From assembly GCA_948664205.1 (NCBI GenBank), contig CAPNDH010000001.1, positions 30,165-94,164 of the forward strand: DNA of 64,000 nucleotides, written 5' to 3'. The notes below the pieces were generated by a model that saw nothing but the letters and a program-made list of their open reading frames with translations, was not told where the DNA came from and searched no databases. Positions 10,329 to 20,040 of this stretch are shown piece by piece; the stretch's first letter is position 1; each line of letters opens with the position of its first letter. A program made the translations under genes and the position numbers. Source of the stretch: an uncultured Clostridia bacterium. Its GTDB lineage: Bacteria; Bacillota; Clostridia; TANB77; CAG-508.

Positions 10329-12155
10329 TTACAGATTTATTTTATCTGTTCTTATAGTACAATTTGCATTATTATTTGAAAAATTTATATTAGAGTATGG
10401 GTCTGTTTTTTTAAGCATTTCTTTCCATTTATTTTTAAAATTGTTACTTTCTTTTTCAAATCTTGCCTTCTTTTCTTCCGTTACTTCATATCCTCTTGTT
10501 TTTGATTCATAGTGCATAAATTCTATATAAGGATTATACACTATTAAGTAACCTTTTTCTCTTAGTTTTAAGCAAAAATCCACATCATTAAATGCTACAG
10601 CAAATTTTTCCTCATCCATATATCCTACTTCTTCATACACACTTTTTCTAGAAAACAAACAAGCACCTGTTACTGCTGATACATTTCTTGTTGTACATTC
10701 TCTTCCTAAATACGCATGTACTCCTTTAGGAGTATTTACAAATAAGTTTGCAGCTAATCCACATATTCCTATGCTTATTCCCGCATGTTGAATAGATTTA
10801 TCTTTGTAATATAGTCTTGCTCCTACTGCTCCTATATCTTTTCTCTCAGCATAACCTATAAACTTTTCTAACCAATTTGGAGTTAGTAGTTTTGTATCGC
10901 TATTTAATTGTACTACATATTCTCCGTTTACATTTTTTACACCAAAGTTTATTATTTTTGAGTAGTTAAAGCCTTTCTCTGGATAGTTAATTATTTTTAT
11001 TTTTTCTATTTTTTCAAGTTCTTTATAATATTTAAATGTTTTCTTTTTTTCGCTGTTATTTTCTATAATTATAATTTCGTAATTTGAGTATGTAGTTAGT
11101 TTTAAAATTGAATTAATACAATTCTTTAATAATTTTACACTGTCTTTATTTGGTATTAATATTGAAACTTTTGGATTACCTTCTATTTCATATTCTACTT
11201 GATATACTCCATGCATATCTCCACCATGTGTTACTTTTGCTTTTAGCCCTTGCCTTTTCAAATGATCTTCTACTGCCTTTTTCCCCGCTTCATATGCATA
11301 TGGTTTTGCAGCTGAAATCATAGCAGTTGAGTCTTCGTGTACTCTCCAATGATATAATATTTTTGGTATATGTACTATTTTATTTGTATTTTCAGCCATT
11401 CTTAATATTATATCAAAGTCTTGTGCCCCATTATATTCATCTCTAACTCCTTCTAACTTATTCATTAATTCTTTTTTGAATACGGCCAAATGTGTAATAT
11501 AATTGTTTGACCTTAATGTATCTATGCTAAAGTCTGGTTTAAAATGTGGGTCATATCTTCTATTTTCATCTCCACTTATTTTGTCTTCATCTGTATATAT
11601 AAATTCTACTTCTGGATTTTTGTTTATAGTTTTTACTAATTCATATAAACAAAAAACTGGAATTAAATCGTCGTGGTCTAATAATGCAATATAATCTCCT
11701 GTTGCCATTTGTATTGCTGAATTTGTATTTCCTGCAATTCCCTTGTTTTCATTTAAAAATTTATATTTTATCCTGTTATCTTTTTTTATAATTTCTTGTA
11801 GTTGTTCATTTTTTTGCATACTTCCATCAGCTAAACAAAGTTCCCAATTTCCATATGTTTGATTTATTAAGCTTTCTACTAATTCTTCAAAATATTTTAT
11901 AGGTGTATTATACATTGGAACTATTAAACTAATTTTAGGTTCTATTTTAAATTTTTCTTGTTTTTGTTTTTCGAGTTCTTCCAAAGTAGGTTCATTATTT
12001 TGAATCCAAATTGTATATCTTTTATTTTTAGAAGTGTTCATATTTCTTCCTAAAATTCTGTTATATAATACTTTAAATATTTTTTGTAGTGTTTTTATAA
12101 TTCCATATTGTTTTAGATATATTTTTAGAATGCTTACCATATTTTTTATTTTCAT
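10329..12155 (-). CDS. Multidomain GT2 glycosyltransferase (paralog of 4649..6508)
   Basis: 608 aa. Shares YTxWIQNxxP...LEExxxQ, INQTYxNWEL, FxPDFSxDxLRSNNYI and NDIDFCxKxR blocks with 4649..6508. Confidence 0.65.
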   Translation of the reverse strand: MKIKNMVSILKIYLKQYGIIKTLQKIFKVLYNRILGRNMNTSKNKRYTIWIQNNEPTLEELEKQKQEKFKIEPKISLIVPMYNTPIKYFEELVESLINQTYGNWELCLADGSMQKNEQLQEIIKKDNRIKYKFLNENKGIAGNTNSAIQMATGDYIALLDHDDLIPVFCLYELVKTINKNPEVEFIYTDEDKISGDENRRYDPHFKPDFSIDTLRSNNYITHLAVFKKELMNKLEGVRDEYNGAQDFDIILRMAENTNKIVHIPKILYHWRVHEDSTAMISAAKPYAYEAGKKAVEDHLKRQGLKAKVTHGGDMHGVYQVEYEIEGNPKVSILIPNKDSVKLLKNCINSILKLTTYSNYEIIIIENNSEKKKTFKYYKELEKIEKIKIINYPEKGFNYSKIINFGVKNVNGEYVVQLNSDTKLLTPNWLEKFIGYAERKDIGAVGARLYYKDKSIQHAGISIGICGLAANLFVNTPKGVHAYLGRECTTRNVSAVTGACLFSRKSVYEEVGYMDEEKFAVAFNDVDFCLKLREKGYLIVYNPYIEFMHYESKTRGYEVTEEKKARFEKESNNFKNKWKEMLKKTDPYSNINFSNNNANCTIRTDKINL

Positions 12156-12165
12156 AATTGGTCTC

Positions 12166-13266
12166 CTAAAACTTTTTTCTAATATTTCTTAATACTTTTG
12201 TAACTTTCCATGATTTAGAATTTTCTATTGCATTTAATGTATTTCTTAGTCCATTTATTTCATCTTGCATAGCGCTTAGTTTATCTTTTTTAGAATAATC
12301 TTTATTATAAAATTTTTCACTTACTTTGCTAATTGGTATTAACCCTGCATTTTCCAAATCTACTTTTGTTTCTATTTTTTCTTGTGATGCTTCTATAAAG
12401 AATGAATTTGCAAAAAAACTAAACATATCATTTTTAATGACTTCTTTATATGCTTTTATCTCATCAAATTCTACTTCTGTACCTTCATAATAATAAGGTT
12501 TATAATTTTCTATTGTTTTAGTAGTTGGCATATATTCATCTGAAAATATTAGCGATGGTAATTTATAATCTGGTAATGGATAATAAAATTTTGTATTACC
12601 TAAACCACATTCTTTTAATATTTCTTCTAATTCTTTTTTTCCAAACGTTTGCACATTGTTTTTATTTATATATCCTGTTATTCCATCATACTTTACATTT
12701 GTATGATCTTCTGGTGCACCTAAAAAATATTTCATACCAAATTTATTTTCTATTGCTATTAATATCTTTCCATTTGGTTTTAGTAGTTTTTTAATATTAT
12801 TCAAAAAATCTATATATGGGTTATCTGTGTTTGTGTATAACACTGCATATTCAAATACTCCTATTAGTGTTATATAATCAAATTTTCTTTCTTTAAAATC
12901 TATATCATTTAGGTTTCCAACTATTATTTCTAAATTTTCTTTATCTTCATTTCTTACTGCTATTGAAGATGCTCTATTTTTAGAAAGTTCTACACAAGTT
13001 ACCTTACCACATTTTTCACAAAGTACCTCTGTTATTGCTCCCATTCCAGCTCCTATTTCTAATACTTCTGAGCCTTCTTTAAAAGGATACCAATTTAATA
13101 TATTTTTCCTTATTGGAGTTAAATGGTAAAATACTGGCCAACGAATATCATTTTCAAATACCTTGTCCATATCTTTATATTTTTTAGCATATTCTATAAT
13201 TTCGTTTTCTATATCTCCATCTGAATATAGGTCTTGTCCTTTATAAAAATCGTAATTTATCTTCAT
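12166..13266 (-). CDS. Class I SAM-dependent methyltransferase
   Basis: 366 aa with motif I LEIGAGMGAIT and post-I acidic residue. Paralogous to the disrupted 8505..10326. Confidence 0.65.
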   Translation of the reverse strand: MKINYDFYKGQDLYSDGDIENEIIEYAKKYKDMDKVFENDIRWPVFYHLTPIRKNILNWYPFKEGSEVLEIGAGMGAITEVLCEKCGKVTCVELSKNRASSIAVRNEDKENLEIIVGNLNDIDFKERKFDYITLIGVFEYAVLYTNTDNPYIDFLNNIKKLLKPNGKILIAIENKFGMKYFLGAPEDHTNVKYDGITGYINKNNVQTFGKKELEEILKECGLGNTKFYYPLPDYKLPSLIFSDEYMPTTKTIENYKPYYYEGTEVEFDEIKAYKEVIKNDMFSFFANSFFIEASQEKIETKVDLENAGLIPISKVSEKFYNKDYSKKDKLSAMQDEINGLRNTLNAIENSKSWKVTKVLRNIRKKF

Positions 13267-13279
13267 TTAAACTATTCTC

Positions 13280-14500
13280 CTATTTTCTATTTATTTGTAT
13301 TTGTGTTTTCATATCTACAATTCCTACAATTTGTTTTTTAGACATTATTTCGACAAGTATAGCATCATATTTTCTGTCAAACACTTCTAATTCTCCTTCT
13401 TCATTTATCCTTGTGCATCCAAATGAGAACGCATATTTATCTGGTGTTAAAGGAAATACTTGTTTGAATTCTACTATTACTTCTTCTCCTTTTTTGTAAT
13501 TTCCTGTTTCTTTATTTTCAAGCATTGTGTTTGTTCCTAATAATTCTAAACCTCTAAAATCTTTTACAGATACTGCAAATATTGGCTCTTTTACATCTTC
13601 GTTAAATTTTATTTTTAGTTTAATTGTAACTTCTTCATCATTTTCAAATATTTTTACTATTTCATTTTTATTATTTAGTATTTTATAATCTATTATCTCT
13701 GCTTTTCCATTTCCATAGGTTATAAGTTTATCTTCATTATTTTTTTCTTTTTCTTCTTCTTTGTTTTCCTCTATTCCAACAATTATTTTTTTATAAAGTT
13801 CAACTCCATCTTTAACACTTCCATCAAAAACTTTTTCCCCTTCTTTTAAAATAATTGTTCTTGTACAATTTCTTATAATATCACTAATATTGTGTGTTAC
13901 AAAAAGTATTGTTTTTCCTTTTTTCTTAAACTCTTCAAATTTTTTGAAACATTTTAATTGGAACGCCATATCTCCTACTGATAATACTTCATCCACTATT
14001 AATATGTCTGGTTCTACATTTATTGCGCATGCAAATGCTAAACGAGCGAACATTCCTGATGAATATGTTTTTACTGGTTGATATAAGTGGTCTCCTATAT
14101 CTGCAAAATCAATTATTTCTTGTTTTTTATTTTCTATTTCTTCTTTTGTCATTCCCATAACTTGTCCATGTTGATATATGTTTTCTTCTCCTGTTAATTC
14201 AGAATTAAATGCTGTACCTAATTCTAAAAGTGAGCTAATTCTTCCATTTATTTTTATATTGCCTGAATTTGGTACTACTACTCCTGTTATTATTTTTAAA
14301 AGGGTAGATTTACCAGCTCCATTTTTTCCAAGTATTCCTAGCACTTCTCCTTTACTTACATTTAAGTTCAAATTATTTAATGCTTTAAATTCTGTGTGCT
14401 TATTGATTTTTGGAAAAATAGCTTCTAAAAGTCTTGCTTGTTTGCTATTATACATTTTATAACTTTTGGTTAAGTTTTCTATTTCTATAATATTTTCCAT
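13280..14500 (-). CDS. ABC transporter ATP-binding protein, Wzt/TagH/KpsT type, with extra C-terminal domain
   Basis: Walker A GKNGAGKST, signature and Walker B present. About 150 extra C-terminal residues, as in Wzt carbohydrate-binding domains. Confidence 0.8.
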   Translation of the reverse strand: MENIIEIENLTKSYKMYNSKQARLLEAIFPKINKHTEFKALNNLNLNVSKGEVLGILGKNGAGKSTLLKIITGVVVPNSGNIKINGRISSLLELGTAFNSELTGEENIYQHGQVMGMTKEEIENKKQEIIDFADIGDHLYQPVKTYSSGMFARLAFACAINVEPDILIVDEVLSVGDMAFQLKCFKKFEEFKKKGKTILFVTHNISDIIRNCTRTIILKEGEKVFDGSVKDGVELYKKIIVGIEENKEEEKEKNNEDKLITYGNGKAEIIDYKILNNKNEIVKIFENDEEVTIKLKIKFNEDVKEPIFAVSVKDFRGLELLGTNTMLENKETGNYKKGEEVIVEFKQVFPLTPDKYAFSFGCTRINEEGELEVFDRKYDAILVEIMSKKQIVGIVDMKTQIQINRK

Positions 14501-14732
14501 TTGCTTACCTTTCTTTTATATCTTGTTTATGTTCCTGACGGGGACACATCTTTTCCTTGCTCATTCTTTGAGTTTCTGTCGGCGACATATCTTTCCCTCG
14601 GGTCATTTCTTCTGTGATAAGATATGTCCCGCGCCTATTATCTATCTTGCTCTAGTTCCTGACGGGGACACATCTTTTCCTAGGGTCATCTCTTCCGTGA
14701 CAAGATATGTCCCGCGCGGGGTGTTTCTATTA
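14501..14732. repeat. GC-rich nested direct/inverted repeat block between the ABC permease and ATPase genes
   Basis: GTTCCTGACGGGGACACATCTTTTCCT occurs twice (14531, 14655). Each unit pairs GGGGACACATCTT with AAGATATGTCCCGCG. Copy 1 carries an extra nested 40-bp half-copy. Confidence 0.7.
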
Positions 14733-15527
14733 TTATAATACATCTGCGAAATCTTTTTTATTTCTTTTAAATACGTTGTTTCCCCATATGAATAATATAA
14801 TTGTTATTACCCAGAATATTATTGTATATATTCCGTAATTGCCTGTTATTATATTAGTTTCATTTATAAATACTTGCCTCATTCCTGTTACTAAATATGT
14901 GAATGGCATACATTGTAATAATTTTAGTAATGTTTGATGTTCTGAAAGCATACTTAAATTCCATATTATTGGTGTAAACCAGAAAAATAGTTGCATTGCT
15001 ATTCCTAGTAAATTTCCGAAGTCTGGTACTATTGTTGTTATTGCTGATGTAAACCTTGTAAAGGCTATTACAAAGCAATACATTGCAAATATTATATATA
15101 TTAATGTTAATGTATTTGGTGGATTTTTAAATACTATACAAACTCCAATAGCAACAATAAATAAAAATATTCCTACAAAGCTTGATGCCATTATTGATAT
15201 ATTAGGTATTACATCTACTGGAAATACTACTTTTTTTACTAAATAGCTATATTGCCTAATTGATCCACTTGCACTCATTATCATGTCATTTAGAGTTTGC
15301 CACATTGCCATTGCTGGTATAAACCATACTGCATATGGATAGTTCCCGTTACTTCTGGTATTTAATATACTTTCAAATACAATTACATATGTTATCATAA
15401 ACACAAATGGTTGTAAAAATCCCCATATTGCACCTAAGCTTGTACTTGCAAATCTATTTTTAAAATCACTTCTTCCTAATTGCCATACTATTTTTTTATT
15501 CTTCCATAATGTTTTTAAATATTCCAT
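14733..15527 (-). CDS. ABC-2 type polysaccharide/teichoic acid export permease (Wzm/TagG-like)
   Basis: 264 aa with 6 TM segments and an ABC-2 family profile. Directly upstream of the ATPase gene. Confidence 0.75.
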   Translation of the reverse strand: MEYLKTLWKNKKIVWQLGRSDFKNRFASTSLGAIWGFLQPFVFMITYVIVFESILNTRSNGNYPYAVWFIPAMAMWQTLNDMIMSASGSIRQYSYLVKKVVFPVDVIPNISIMASSFVGIFLFIVAIGVCIVFKNPPNTLTLIYIIFAMYCFVIAFTRFTSAITTIVPDFGNLLGIAMQLFFWFTPIIWNLSMLSEHQTLLKLLQCMPFTYLVTGMRQVFINETNIITGNYGIYTIIFWVITIILFIWGNNVFKRNKKDFADVL

Positions 15528-15631
15528 TTATATTTCTCTCCTATAACAAATAATAAAGTCCTTTTTGGCTAGGTTAATTTTATATTTAATTGGCTTAATT
15601 GTCAAGGTTTTAAGGGGTATTAAATAGTAAA

Positions 15632-15664
15632 ATATCCTAATTAGTTATGTGCTAATTAGGATAT
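15632..15664 (-). terminator. Perfect 13-bp inverted repeat (ATATCCTAATTAG-n7-CTAATTAGGATAT), then T-tract; candidate terminator
   Basis: Seen directly in the sequence. Lies between the YfhO-like gene stop and the ABC-operon promoter (TTGACA-17-TAAAAT at about 15577-15605, minus strand). Confidence 0.5.
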
Positions 15665-15681
15665 TTTATTTATTTAATTAA

Positions 15682-18048
15682 TTATTCTTCATTTTTCTTC
15701 TTTTTCTCTTTAATAAAGAACATTGTAGTTAAACTAATTAAACCAATTATTGTCAAAATACTTCCCTCTTTCATTTTTGGTGTAGTATATCTAAGTTCAA
15801 TTTCATGTTCTCCTTCTGGTACAACAATTCCAACAAATCCGTAATCTACTTTATAAGTATCTACCAAATTATTATCAATATATGCATTCCATCCTTCTTC
15901 TTTCGGAATTGATATCATCAATAAGCCACTACCATTAGCAGATACATTCCCTGATATTTTTGTTTGACTTATTAAGTTGAATTCACTTACTTTTGCAATT
16001 GATTTCTCATCAATATCTAAATTTTCATTAACAATAGCATAATCATATAATTTTTTAGTTTTTTCTTCTTGAGTTAATCCAATATATTCATCTTCACTTA
16101 TAGTTTTGTTATACCACTTAGCAACAGAATTAGTAGCAGTGTTTCTATAAATATATATTTCACCAATTTTATTTATTTGTTCTATTCCTTTTTCATTAAT
16201 AATTTCCTTAGACAATATATATTTAGAGTTTGTTAGATATAGCGCTTGTAAATCAGAGTCGTCTTTAAGTGAGAAGATTTTATAATGACTTGCTGCATAT
16301 GCATTAGGATAAATATTTTTATAAAATGCATCTGCATCTGGATTAATAGTACTATTATACCAAACAACTGATGAATTTTGTTCTATAAACGAATCTCCTA
16401 AATACGAAAAATTAGTATATGTCTTTTCTATTCTATAAAATGATTTATCATTTTCTTTTATAAAATTGATTGCCTTTCCTGTATCATCTGTCTGGTTAAA
16501 TTTATTATCCCATGTAAGTGTATAATAATCTGATGATATTGTTTTCCTGTTATTAGTTGTAACATAATGATCATAACATGTATTTAACAAAATAATAATC
16601 AAAAAAGAATACATAAAAATTTTTGAATATTTATTTCTTTTATTAATAAAAAATAAAGCTACAAAACCAATTATTAACAAAAATAATATTCTATATATCA
16701 TAGGTTGATTTGTATCTGGTAATCTTATAACAGAGCAATAGAAGCTTGCTAAGCTTAGTATTAAGCTTAATATTAACCCTAACATATTTATTCTATTTTT
16801 TCTTATTACATTTTCCCAAACAATACCAACTATTAAAGCTAAAAATGGTATTATTGCATATGTATATCTATATTCTGGCTCTACAAATGCATTTAATATT
16901 AACCCTGGCACTCCATTAAATATAAAAAAGTATAATGCAATTATTTTTAATGTAAAAAATATATAATCTTTTTTCGTATTTGCTTTCTTAAAATCATATA
17001 TAATCCATTGTATTAGGAAAAAGAATATAAATATTGTACAAAATAATTCTGGCAAGCCATAATACACACCTTGTTGTGTGAACATATATTTATTCAAATT
17101 ATTAGACATTAACCTGCTAATTCTCATATTTATATATTCAAAATTAAAAGAATTTGTAAATGCATTACATATTTTTAAAAATATACTCTCTCCTGCACTA
17201 GATAATCTAGATGAAGTTGTTACTACATGATAAGCAGCAGGAACAAATATTATTCCTGATAACAATATTCCTGTAACAACCCCATAAATACATTTTCCCC
17301 AATTTTTACACAATTCTTTTATTTCTACTTTTTTGGTTATATAAAAATATCTAAAAATAAAATATAATGCACTAATTAGTAAAATCATATAGCCTACATA
17401 GTAACTATATATTAATAAAAGAGCTGTACTTAATGCTAGATATATTATACTTTTTTTGTTTTTGTTTGCTAAAAAATATTCAATCGCACACAACATTATC
17501 ATCATATAAAAGCAAGAAGTACCTAAAAAGAAATGTTGTCCCCATAAGAAAATATATCCATTCATAGCACTTAAATAAGACGCTAAACAAATTGATAATT
17601 TATCTTTCAAAAAGTATGACATAAATTTTCTGCTTAATATATATATTGCTATTATTTTAAATATCTGCATCCACACTAGTAAATATGCAACCTTATCTAC
17701 TCCTGATATAATTCCTGCCAATACTAGCAAAATAGCAAAAATATCAAATGTCCATGTAGTTGAATTAAAAATACTAGTTCCTAATCCATAATTAAAATTC
17801 CATACAGAAAAAGTTCCTTTTTTAAGTCCTAATACTTCATTCACGTAGTATGGATAATATTGGTCTAATGTATCTGAACCTGCATCACGATACATATAAT
17901 ATAATTTTCCTATTATAAAACTTTTAAATATAAGTAGTAACGAAGCAATTAAAACAATTGCAAAAAATAATTCAATTATTATATTTTTATTATCCTTTAT
18001 ATATTGTAAAAATTTTGTTTTTTTATTATTCTTCATTTTTTCTCCCAT
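15682..18048 (-). CDS. YfhO-like polytopic membrane (GT-C type) glycosyltransferase
   Basis: 788 aa with more than 12 TM helices and a C-terminal extracytoplasmic domain. In context with GtrA/GtrB-like genes. Confidence 0.5.
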   Translation of the reverse strand: MGEKMKNNKKTKFLQYIKDNKNIIIELFFAIVLIASLLLIFKSFIIGKLYYMYRDAGSDTLDQYYPYYVNEVLGLKKGTFSVWNFNYGLGTSIFNSTTWTFDIFAILLVLAGIISGVDKVAYLLVWMQIFKIIAIYILSRKFMSYFLKDKLSICLASYLSAMNGYIFLWGQHFFLGTSCFYMMIMLCAIEYFLANKNKKSIIYLALSTALLLIYSYYVGYMILLISALYFIFRYFYITKKVEIKELCKNWGKCIYGVVTGILLSGIIFVPAAYHVVTTSSRLSSAGESIFLKICNAFTNSFNFEYINMRISRLMSNNLNKYMFTQQGVYYGLPELFCTIFIFFFLIQWIIYDFKKANTKKDYIFFTLKIIALYFFIFNGVPGLILNAFVEPEYRYTYAIIPFLALIVGIVWENVIRKNRINMLGLILSLILSLASFYCSVIRLPDTNQPMIYRILFLLIIGFVALFFINKRNKYSKIFMYSFLIIILLNTCYDHYVTTNNRKTISSDYYTLTWDNKFNQTDDTGKAINFIKENDKSFYRIEKTYTNFSYLGDSFIEQNSSVVWYNSTINPDADAFYKNIYPNAYAASHYKIFSLKDDSDLQALYLTNSKYILSKEIINEKGIEQINKIGEIYIYRNTATNSVAKWYNKTISEDEYIGLTQEEKTKKLYDYAIVNENLDIDEKSIAKVSEFNLISQTKISGNVSANGSGLLMISIPKEEGWNAYIDNNLVDTYKVDYGFVGIVVPEGEHEIELRYTTPKMKEGSILTIIGLISLTTMFFIKEKKKKNEE

Positions 18049-18050
18049 AA

Positions 18051-19067
18051 TTATTTATTTTTTAGTATCATTAATTTAACTTTTTTATCAATATAATGTA
18101 TAATAATTGATAAAATAATAGTTATCATTATTGTTAATATTGCTTTTATACTAAAACGAATATTATACGTTTCAAGTTTCATAAGTATGATATAGTGAAT
18201 TAAATATATTTCAAAACTTATACTTCCTAGTTTTTGTAAAATAGTTGCTTTATTAAAGAAATTATTTAATTTTTCTATATTTTTAATTCCATATAGTATA
18301 AATCCCCAACATATAGTCATATATATGTATTTATTTTACAAGTATTTACTTGGTTCTATATTAAAAAGTATTTTCCTTGATAATGGTGTTACTATTACAA
18401 TGCCTATAATTGCTAAAATTAACGTTATTATAGGCATTATTTCAAACTTTTTATATGTATAGCCTTCTGAACAAGCTATTAACATTCCTATTAAAAATAC
18501 AGGCATATACCAATATAATTTGATTGAATTTTCGATATATTTTGTAAAAGGAAAACATATCGAAAATAAAATTATTAATATAAATATAAAAAATGTAAAA
18601 ATATAAAGTGTTTTATCTCTATTAAACTTTTTCTTAATATAAGAAAATACTACTAAAAATATTGGCGCAATAATATAAAATTTTATAATTACAGGCATAT
18701 ACCAAAAATGTCCATATGCTTCTAATAATAATAAATGTTTTATTACACTTTTAAAAGTAATTATGCCTAATATAGCAGATAATATTAATACTACTATATA
18801 CATTGGATATAATCTTATTATTTTTCTCAAATAATATTTAGGAATATCTCTTATTTTAAATTCTTTAGAGCCATCAACTACATAACACTGCAATAATAAA
18901 TAGCCCGATAAAAGCATGAATAACCAAACACCAATTTTTCCACATCCTGATGCGTATATTCCGAACTTTGGTGATGTTGAGATTATATGAGCAAATAATA
19001 CTATTAAGCATGATATTCCTCTTAGTGATTCTATATATAATATTTTAGATTTCTTTATAGATTCCAT
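18051..19067 (-). pseudogene. Acyltransferase family 3 (OafA-like O-acyltransferase) interrupted by an in-frame TAA at 18336-18338
   Basis: ORFs 18336..19067 and 18051..18320 are in the same frame, separated by a single stop. The N-terminal part has the acyltransferase-3 start and the C-terminal part has the FEIYLIHYII motif. Confidence 0.55.
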
Positions 19068-19293
19068 TTATTACTTCTCCTTATTTTACTTTGAATATCT
19101 TTTACTTCTTCTCATTTTTTTACTTTTAAACCTTGCTTATTGTATATTTATTTTGCTTATTTGTCAAGGTTTTGAAGGTTTTATTTATAGCTTAATAATA
19201 TTTTGGGTTGCTACTAATTTAAAGTTGACATATTATGTTTTTTATATTAAAATATTTATAACTAATTAATCGTTTTTGAAAGGAGTTGTTCAA

Positions 19294-19932
19294 ATGAAAA
19301 TTTCCTTACCAGAAAATTATTCTTATAAAGATATTGCAGAAGTACAAGATGGTATTTTATGCATCCACAAATTTTATTTTGAAGATTTAATGTATGACTT
19401 AACATATGCATTAAAATATTCTTCTAAATGTTATTTTTGTGGAAAACCTATTTCTCGGGAGAAATCTTCTTTAGATCATTTATATCCTAGAGATTTTGGC
19501 GGTCCAACGATTCCTAATAATTTAGCTATTTGTTGTTCAAAATGCAATAGTGTTAAAACTAATATGACAGAAGAACAATTTCTTTATTTTTCTTCTATTT
19601 TAGATGGTGAAAGGCAAAAAGAATTTTATCGGGATATTTCACTTCAAAATCATATTTCTATGAAGTGGTATGGACCTATAATTCCGAAAGAATGGATTTC
19701 TGAACAGAAAGCAGAAAAAATAACTGTTTATTTCTTTATGGGAAAAGGTGTTAATGGTAAAACTTATAAAAAAGTTGAAAAAAATTATAAAAAATATGGA
19801 CGTATTATTAGGCCAATTATTGTAGATAGAAATTTTAAACTTTTAGGTGGCTTCAATGTTTTATTATTTGCTAAAAATAATTCTATTGATACTATACCTA
19901 CTATCATTCTTGAAAATGTAGAACTTGATTGA
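19294..19932 (+). CDS. HNH endonuclease domain protein; start moved to the ATG after RBS GAAAGGAG
   Basis: CYFCGKP...DHLYPRDFGG...NNLAICCSKCNSVK is a His-Me finger. Own promoter TTGACA-17-TAAAAT at 19225-19253. Orphan plus-strand gene. Confidence 0.55.
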   Translation: MKISLPENYSYKDIAEVQDGILCIHKFYFEDLMYDLTYALKYSSKCYFCGKPISREKSSLDHLYPRDFGGPTIPNNLAICCSKCNSVKTNMTEEQFLYFSSILDGERQKEFYRDISLQNHISMKWYGPIIPKEWISEQKAEKITVYFFMGKGVNGKTYKKVEKNYKKYGRIIRPIIVDRNFKLLGGFNVLLFAKNNSIDTIPTIILENVELD

Positions 19933-20040
19933 AATAAGTAAAAGTGGCTTTGCTACTTAGACGGCTAATAACTCGCCCCTACGACTTAAAATTGATTTTT
20001 TCTATAAAATAAGAAAAGAAGAGGACAATCTCCTCTTTTC

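Noticed and set aside
14501-14732. Possible CRISPR array (repeated about 27-bp GC-rich unit)
   Set aside because: There are only two units, the spacing is unequal (about 124 bp), one unit contains a nested partial copy, and no cas genes are nearby. It is better described as a nested hairpin repeat.
18321-18338. The stop between the two acyltransferase ORFs as an annotation artefact of two genes
   Set aside because: Both parts are in the same frame and together reconstitute a single acyltransferase-3 fold. A single in-frame TAA separates them, so this is called one interrupted gene.
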